This document shows positions 55,801 to 64,000 of a stretch of 64,000 bases of DNA, piece after piece; position 1 is the stretch's first letter, and each line of letters opens with the position of its first letter. The DNA is from Chrysomallon squamiferum (taxonomy: Eukaryota; Animalia; Mollusca), in assembly GCA_012295275.1 (NCBI GenBank), contig CM022679.1, positions 16,182,001 to 16,246,000 of the forward strand, given 5' to 3'. The position numbers and the translations under genes are program-made. Under the pieces are notes generated by a model. The model made no database searches. It was not told where the DNA came from and saw only the letters and a program-made list of their open reading frames with translations.

Positions 55801-58800
55801 AATTAATGAATCACTCTTATCCAAATGTTTCTGAAAGTGCTAACATTAGGCAGTATGACTCGAATCAGCAGCGTAGAAAAGAAGAACAAATAAGTAAACA
55901 ACAGTTTCCACAATCTGTTATGAATGCTAATGAGAGGCAAACATCTGGCAGCCAGAAGCCACTAAAAGAAGAATCCAATAAAAATGTAAATAACAACCAG
56001 CAAAATACATTAAATTCGTTTAACCCATCTTCTCAGTGTGGAAAGCAGGAGGTGAATTCCAGACACCCGTTCCAGACATCAGCTTCTTACTCAGACAGTG
56101 GTAGATCCTTTCTGTCATCACCAGGTCTGCAGAAAGGAGGAGAGAATATGAACACAAAACAGTCTGTACAGAGTTCAGTGTACAGCTCAGGTGTCAGTAG
56201 TGTCAAGTTACAAGACAAGGGAAACAGTCAAACCGCACCCACTTTTAAAAATTCAGTTATGAATTCACCAGTTAGTGAAGATTATCATCATCAAAATCAA
56301 GTTTATCCTGGACAAGAGAATACATTCAAAGTTCCACCAAATCCTCCTCCCCAGCAGCAGAAACAATACCTGCCAGAAAAACAACCTTTAAAGATTCCTC
56401 ACAAAGAAGAAAAATCAAATACATTAAGTAATTTTCCATCTTCTCAAGGCAGAGCTGCTATAGCTAAACCAAAAGCTGTTAGAAACAACCCAAAGAAAAA
56501 AAAGCTTGTTGGTGCTCAGAGTTTTCATCATCAAACAAATCTGTCATCCCTGTTTCCACAAAGCTCATTAGTGTTACCTCCATTTTCACAAAAAAATGAT
56601 CTGGCTCGATCCAAAGTAAAACCTGTTCCAAGCAGTGAAAGAAAAATTTCTGATCTGATGGAATCAGAAGTGGACAGAAAACTGCTGGCTATGTTCCCAC
56701 AGTATCGTTTTTACTTGGATCAGAATGTCAAGCCTATGGAAGAAATCATGCCACTTCCAGGAGAAAGTGATATTATGAAGAAAATTCAAAAAGCCAAATG
56801 TGCTGTAGTTGATAATGAAATTAAGAAAAAAAGAAAACTGAAGAAGAAAGACAGTGATTTACCAGACATCAAGACAGAAGTGTATCAAGCTCCTGTCAGT
56901 GTTCAAAGCAGTTTGGGAACTAACATCAAGAATGAATTTAAGCCAGAAAACAGTTACATGTCTCAGACTACTGGTGGTGATAAAAATCCTGAACAGTGCA
57001 AATCTGAAAAGTCTGATCAAAATTCAGAAGTATCTTCACAATCCAGTGACATTAACACTCAGCCAAAATCTGATTCTTCAGTTTCATCAAGTAATGACTC
57101 ATCAATCCAAGGAAACAAAGAAGCACCCAGTACAAAGTTTTCAGGAATGTGCTGCGCTGAATGTGAAGATGCTGGAGTAATGTTTTCTCAGCAGTGTCGA
57201 AACAGGATTAATTCAGGCTTCACTCAGACACGAGTATCGACTTCTCAGAATATCAGTAGCAGCTGTTCATCTAGTCCAGATTGTGTTAACAACCTTAATC
57301 ATTCTTTTTCTGTTTCATCATCATCTGAAAACATTTTCTCAGACTCCAATAAATATAAAACATCTAATGAGAATAACCATGGAGACACTAATGATTCTAA
57401 GCAGTCATCAGATCATTTAATGCCAGAAAATGCAACCCCAGATGACAGTAAAATCAATTATCAGGAAAATTCTAGAACAGATAAAAGAACAGATAATGGA
57501 AAAGGAAACAATTTTAAAAGTAGTGCTAACTGCATGGCAGAAAATTCTGTGAAAATAGAGTGTTCAGATTCTGTTGAAATGACTGGAAATATGAAGTGTG
57601 AAAATGAGGAACATGTTGGGAGTTCCTGTGAAGATATGCCCTTGAATAACCTTCAGGCAACTATTCAGAAGTTATTTGATAGAGTTTACAGTGGCCAAAA
57701 TGGGGAGGACATGATTAACAAATTTGAGCAGAGCCATGGAAACGTAGAAATCTCACCTCAGAAACTGACAAATCCTACAGAAAAGTGTGCAACAACTCCA
57801 CCTTTTAAAAATGAAATTAAAACTTCACCAACCAGTGCACCTCAAACACCTACCACTTCTCCAGAAAAGTCTAAAGTCCATTTTGATATTGATGGTGTCT
57901 GGGCTAATGGCCGACAAGTCCCGTATGGTTTGTCTGAAAGTCTTGATGATCATCTGAGAAACAACAGGATAGAGATTCCATACTGCAACTGTCTTGGACC
58001 TGGAGGTGAGTCATTTCTCACTTAGATATAAAATGATGGTTTAACATTCTGGATGATGAACTATAAAATGTTTTAGTATGCTGCATTATTAAAAATTAAA
58101 AAAAATTCTCCGATTTTTTAGATAAGTTTTAAAATAGAGATTTACCAATTTTAATGGAGGTTTTTATTTATTATTATTTTTATTTATTTTTTAATTAATT
58201 TACTTAATTATTTATGGGTTTATGTCTGCATGGTTACAGTGGCTGAACGAAAGGAGATGTCATTACTAGCTAGACTTACAGGAATGTATAACCTTATTTT
58301 CTTTGGATTATATCTTACACTTCAGCTTCTAAGATATTCATGATAAAAATTGCTTATTTAATTAATTAATTTTATATATATATACATGCATACGTGTTTC
58401 ACTTATAAATGTATATATACATAGATATATATTTTATTTTATTTTAAATTATTCTGTAGTATCTGGAGATGAATCTGATGGTCCATACTATACACAGTTA
58501 GGTTCAGCAAGAAGTGTTCCAGCAATACGAGCCATACTAGAAGCAAGGTCAGTAAATCACAGAAAATCTGTGCAATCCCATATCTTCTGCCAACTTTTTA
58601 ATCATATGCATTTTATTTCAATTCTCTTGTAGAGTTTGAAAAAAAAAAACCATTTCTAATGTCTGTTATGAGTCGAATGTAGTTTAGTAACAAGAGAACT
58701 GGTTTAGGAAGTGATATGTTCCAGGATCAATCTTGAGTTTTCTTATTTTGTTCTTTTCCGTACTAGATGACTTGTTAACAAAAAACTGTGGTATGTGCTT

Positions 58801-59246
58801 TCCTGTCAGTTGGAGATTGCCTGTAAAAATATCCCTTACTTTTAATTGTTTTGATGTAGCAGATTTCCTGCTATGTGTGAAAAATTAAATATTGAACAGA
58901 AAATGAAAGACAATTAAACAGTTGTAATGGTTTTATAAAAGAAACACATCATTTTTGCCTTTATTGAGTATACTGTAAAAAAAATATAATAATAAAAATA
59001 TTTTTACATCACTTTAATACATTATTATTTTCTGTTTCCCTAACAACAGAACAGGTGTGACAGGTAAAGCAATTCGAATAGAGAAGGTTCACTACACTGG
59101 TAAAGAAGGAAAAACATCTCTTGGATGTCCTATGGCAAAATGGGTTAGTGAAAAAAAAAATTTTCTTCTTAATTTAAATTAATATTTTCAAAGGAATATT
59201 GGATTATTGGAGAAGGATAAATAAACAAATGCATGCAGGTACAGAA

Positions 59247-59329
<83 letters not shown>

Positions 59330-62300
59330 AGTAATTTATTATAGTAATCATTTTTATTTATTTATTTGTGAAAAAAATTTATGCAAATGTTTTGTTTATG
59401 TATTTATCTGATGAATTTTTAGACTTTTTGATTAAAATTCTAAATAGATCTCTAGTGGATGGAAAGTATTAACCATGTAACCATGTAACTGGGGTTAATA
59501 AACATTTTGGCTTTATTACAAATCAGAACAGTATACTTTTTAAACTAAATCTTTCATATTTTGAATTTTATATTAAAGAACCCATTAAAAACACTTACAA
59601 ATTTTTGCTAAACATGCTTTTTCGAAAATAGATAATTCGACGATCAAGTTATGAAGAGAAATACCTCTGTGTTATCAAACAGCGGAAGGGTCATTTCTGT
59701 GAAAACACTATGATCATCATTGCCCTGGTGGCCTGGGAAGGAGTGCCCTGTGATGAAGCTGATGGGCTGTATAGCTACATAAGTAAAGTTGTCACTAAAG
59801 AAGGCCACGAAACTGAACGAAGATGTGGAACTAATGAAAGGTGGGTGCTGATTAAAGTGTGAATATTAATTAAAGTCTGTGTAGGTGAACTTGGTTCATG
59901 ATATTTTTTTGATAACTGAACACCAACAGAGAAAAATCTAGTTAAATTTCACAAACCTGTGTATTGAATGGATGTTATTCATTGTGGTCTGTTGGATGTG
60001 TATTATTAATCAGTATAATGTATTGGGTATGTATTACTAATAGTAATGTACTGAGTGTCTTTTATTAACTGTAATATATTTGGTATATATTAATGGTGAT
60101 GTACTGTGTATTTATAATCAGTTCTGATATATTAGGTATGTTTCAATAACAAAAGTACACTAAGCTGATGTTGTTGCAGCTGTATGGAATGTTTGTTATT
60201 ACTGGTAGAGTATTATGTGTGCATTATTCAACATGGTGTATTTGGAGGATATTACTGTTGTAGTTTATTGGGTGTGTATTATGTGATAGGAGATTTCCAA
60301 GTAACTAACCATCCCTGAAAATTAATATTTTGAGATACCCACAGGATTATGAAGATCTTCTCTAGTCTTAAATTCACAATTACAAAATATTGTAATTTAA
60401 CCTTATTTAAAACCAAATCTAATTTATGACTAGAAAATAATGAAACGTAAAAGAGATTTTATTATTTATTAATAATACTGATGTATTTATATTATTTGAT
60501 AGAGTTCTAAAAATGTATCAATTTGTTGTGTTGAATGTGTATTAATATTGTGGTTACTAGTGTGTTCTATTAATGATAAGGTAGTGATGGATGTGGGTTA
60601 TAATTAGTAACATATTTGTTGTATATTGGTGTTATATTGATCCTTATTATACTGACGTGTATTGGTATTACACTGGGGTCTATTGGTAGTGTATTGATGT
60701 TATATTGTTGTGTACTGTTGTTATAATGATGTACAATGGTACTACATTTGTGTCTGTTGGGAATGTGCTTGTGTTATATTGATGTGTATTTGTGTATATT
60801 GGTAAATATTACATAGTACTAGGTTTGTAGTATTAATGCAGATGTTTTAGTTACGTGTTACTAATACTACTGGTTGTATATTACTAAAAGCTCTGTATTA
60901 GGTATGTATTATTGATGGAAGTGTATTGTGTGTATCTTATAACTGTTAGTGTATTGTGTGTATTTTGTAACTGTTAGTGTATTGTGTGTATTTTGTAACT
61001 GTTAGTGTATTGTGTGTTTGTGTGTATTTTGTAACTGTTAGTGTATTGTGTGTATTTTGTAACTGTTAGTGTATTGTGTGTATTTTGTAACTGTTAGTGT
61101 ATTGTGTGTATTTTGGAACTGTTAGTGTATTGTGTGTATTTTAGAACTGTTAGTGTATTGTGTGTATTTTAGAACTGTTAGTGTATTGTGTAGTTGAGTC
61201 TTATTCATTGCTTTCTTTACCAGACGGACCTGTGCATGTCAGGGAATTGACCTTGTTCGCCGTGGAGCTTCATTTTCATTTGGTTGTTCATGGAGCATGT
61301 ATTTCAATGGTTGCAAGTTTGCAAGAAGTCGAAATGTTAGAAAATTCAAGCTCAAAGACACATCTCAGGTCAGTAAATATGTTATTAATTTCTGTAACAA
61401 AATCACCATTTTTGCCACAAGCATAAAGAGAATTCTTTTTTTTTTTTTAAATGTTTTTCACTTACAAATAAAATTGTTCTGTTAATGTTATCATTTGCTT
61501 ATTTATTATTACATGAACACCAGTATAAGGGGTTTGGTACAGAATATTATAATTTAATTTATTTGAAAGTGTAAATTAAAGGATGTTTTCAAACGTAAAC
61601 CAGAATTGACAAATCACCTAGAATTGGATTTTTAAAAACACATGAAGTTTTCAATCCTGACTTCCCAATGAGTTTTGTTAGTTAAGAACTTGGTTTTGCT
61701 TAATTCCATCTTTTTGATTTTTTTATTCCAGGAGGAAACTTTAGAAAATAAGTTGCAAGGATTGGCTTCACAGGTTGGCCCACTCTTCAAAAAAATGGCG
61801 CCTGATGCTCATAGGAACCAGGTTTGTATTTATTGAAATGCAGACATTGTTGAAGAAAAGGTGTTAGCATTAGAAAAATAGAAAATGACCATAAATTTTT
61901 CTGTTTTAATGTCTTCAAAATATCTTGTTCTATATTTATATATATATGATAGTGATGGGCATATTAACATTAAAAGCATATTTAAAACATATTATTCAAC
62001 ATTGTGTATATGGAGCTTATTACTTTTGTAGTTTATTGGGTGTGCATTATGCGATAGCAGATTTTCAAGTAACTAACCATCCCTGAAAATTAATATTTTG
62101 AGATACCCACAGTATTATAAAGATTTTCTCTAGTCTTAAATTCACAATTACAAGATATCAATTCAAGACAGAAGTCTTTATTCCATTCATATACTTTGTT
62201 AAATATGTATATAAAAAGAGTTATTAATTGAAAAGCATTGATCTTATTATCTATTTGTGATGTATTTCTTCATTGTTTAAATAACCCATTACTATTCTTT

Positions 62301-64000
62301 GAGAATTGATATCAAAGAACATGGGGTGTGTTATCCAACCACTAAGAAGGTGTATAATGAAACTGCTCAGAGTGTGCAAGTTTTCTCTCTCACCTCATCA
62401 TTATATACAAAAACAGTGTTAACAACAGTTAATAATAATAAAATGGGTTGAGATGTCATTAAACAAATGTTAGTAATCTTTTAAAAATCAGAAAAGATTT
62501 GTGAAGATAATGAATTTCTGATTTCAGTGCAAGTTCTCAGAAGAAGGACAGGAGTGCCGTCTAGGAAAAAATCCACCAAAGGAGAAACCTTTCAGTGGTG
62601 TCACTGCATGTGTGGACTTCTGTGCACACGCACACAAAGACCTTCACAACATCAACAATGGGTCCACTGTGGTAAGTGCTGTTCTGCCAGTCAGACTGGT
62701 TCAGTGATTGAGTGAATGAAACTACCTAGTGTTAATTAGTTATGTGTGTGTTAATGAAACTACCTGGTTTTAATCAGTTACATGTGTGTTAATGAAACTA
62801 CCTAGTTTTAATCAGTTACCTGGTGTGAATGAAACTACCTGGTTTTAATCAGTTATATGTGTGTGAATGAAACTACCTAGTTTTAATCAGTTACCTGGTG
62901 TGAATGAAACTACCTGGTTTTAATCAGTTATATGTGTGTGAGTGAAACTCTCTAGTTTTAATCAGTTACCTGGTGTGAATGAAACTACCTGGTTTTAATC
63001 AGTTATATGTGTGTGAATGAAACTCTCTAGTTTTATACAGTTATATATGTTTTGATCAGTTATATGTATCAAATTTATTTAAAGATATTTAGATCCTAAA
63101 TAAATAAAAAAAAAGCTATTATGAAATATGACATTATTCATATAATAATATTAATTACTCATAAATTCACCTTTTTTGTTCTTGTAAGATTTCTCTTTCA
63201 TAATATAAATTTTTTGCTAATAGGTTGTCACACTATCCAAGAATAGAGGTCTGAAAAAACCTGAAGATGAACAACTGCATGTTCTGCCTCTGTACGTATT
63301 AGATCCAACTGATGAAAACGGCAGCAGAGAAGGTCAGTTAGAAAAAATTCGTTCTGGTGCTTTGGAAGTGTTAACAAATTTTCCTTGTGAAGCAAGAATA
63401 CGATCAAAACCACTGACCCCTTGCAAGAAAAGAGCCAAACTCAACAAGATTTTGCTATCCAAAGGTCTGACATGTTTGAAAGAGAAATCAATAGTTCAGG
63501 CTAAAGCAGTGCCAAATGTTCCTGAAGTGAAAAAGAGTAACACACCTGCTGGTGCAGCCAGTAAAAGGAAACTTCCAGAAGGAGGCAGAAAGGGAAGTTT
63601 TGAACAGTTAATATCCCTCTCTGGACTACCCAATTATCAAGATCTCTATGACAAATTTTGGGACTATTTTTATTCTAATGGTTCATTTCCACCAGAAACA
63701 TTTTTGTCAAAATGGGCAGAAGCAAGAGGAGGTCAAGTGTCTTCTACATCAGCCAATAATCAAAATTCACCTGGTGAAAACCATACAAACTCCCAGCTGT
63801 CAAATCACCCACAGATGGACTGTGACATGCAGAGACCACAGACTAATGTGTTTAACTCATCACAGACAGACAGAAACTTGCATAATCAGTATTCAAATGG
63901 TGGAGATCCTCCCACCAAGAAACTGTGTTTGACAGCAAATGAAAATGATCTCAGAAACTCCTGTGAAAATAATTGGCAGCCGTCTTGTAAATCTCAGGAA
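46571..64000 (+). CDS. TET: Ten-eleven translocation (TET) methylcytosine dioxygenase; 3' end lies outside the window
   Basis: Exons: 46551/46571-47236, 54558-58005 (ends PYCNCLGPG), 58460-58547 ([10 protein letters not shown]), 59050-59143 ([24 protein letters not shown]), 59632-59840 ([24 protein letters not shown]), 61224-61368 ([28 protein letters not shown]), 61732-61821, 62528-62671 ([28 protein letters not shown], Fe-binding HxD), 63224->64000 ([15 protein letters not shown]). Phases are consistent throughout. Attachment of the first exon rests on phase and composition only. Confidence 0.96.
48560..48990. repeat. 34-bp minisatellite (ATGAAATATCAGTGTTTTAGAGATATGGTCTGGT)n
   Basis: tagagatatg recurs at 48781, 48815 and onward; degenerate at both ends. 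Confidence 0.9.
54558..58005 (+). CDS. TET: Giant (3,448-nt) TET exon encoding the disordered N-terminal region up to the start of the Cys-rich domain
   Basis: Uninterrupted ORF 54552..58025; acceptor ttgcag at 54557; donor G|GTGAGT at 58006; ends with the CNC zinc-ligand motif. Confidence 0.93.
58675..58950 (+). mobile_element. Degenerate tRNA-derived SINE copy in a TET intron
   Basis: A-box-like tgtagtttagt, B-box-like ggatcaatc, core tgtggtatgtgctttcctgtc...aaaatatccctt; weaker related copies appear at about 2300-2450 (-), 18740-18830 (-), 34490-34615 (+), 45800-45935 (-) and 62270-62470 (+). Confidence 0.5.
60222..62153 (+). repeat. Dispersed ~165-bp direct duplication (60222-60387 and ~61990-62153) in two different TET introns
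   Basis: gtagtttattgggtgtg..attatg..gatag..caagtaactaaccatccctgaaaattaatattttgagatacccacag..tctctagtcttaaattcacaattacaa is nearly identical in both copies. Confidence 0.85.
60945..61190. repeat. 28-bp minisatellite (TGTGTGTATTTTGTAACTGTTAGTGTAT)n
   Basis: Period 28; ends about 30 bp before the acceptor at 61223. Confidence 0.95.
62712..63065. repeat. 37/38-bp minisatellite (AATGAAACTACCT[A/G]GTTTTAATCAGTTA....GTGTG)n
   Basis: aatgaaac at 62715, 62753, 62791, 62828 and onward; starts about 40 bp after the donor at 62672. Confidence 0.95.

Overview
AT-rich, microsatellite-dense animal genomic DNA; the gene content and a degenerate tRNA-type SINE suggest a mollusc, possibly a gastropod (inference). 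Three multi-exon genes can be rebuilt from splice sites and reading phase. (1) A cadherin-related gene on the minus strand, ATG at 8607, running off the left edge. (2) A complete Cad87A/CDHR-like cadherin on the plus strand, 10945..39745, about 1,900 aa: signal peptide, about 14 EC repeats, membrane-adjacent domain, TM helix and an acidic/Pro-rich tail. It lies head-to-head with gene 1, with under 1 kb between the putative first-exon donors, and shares its exon architecture. (3) A TET methylcytosine dioxygenase on the plus strand from about 46571, running off the right edge, with a 3.45-kb giant exon and intact Cys-rich and HxD motifs. The most striking non-genic signal is that many introns carry their own 26-67-bp minisatellite starting at or near an exon boundary. 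Two of these arrays copy the splice site itself: about 12 tandem donors at 21174-21890 and 11 tandem acceptors at 29062-29786, where only one site keeps the frame. The cadherins also show 1-2-nt frame defects and one decayed exon, which may be assembly errors or real lesions. Most short ORFs in the supplied track are repeat artefacts. All analysis was by eye, with no alignment or database search.
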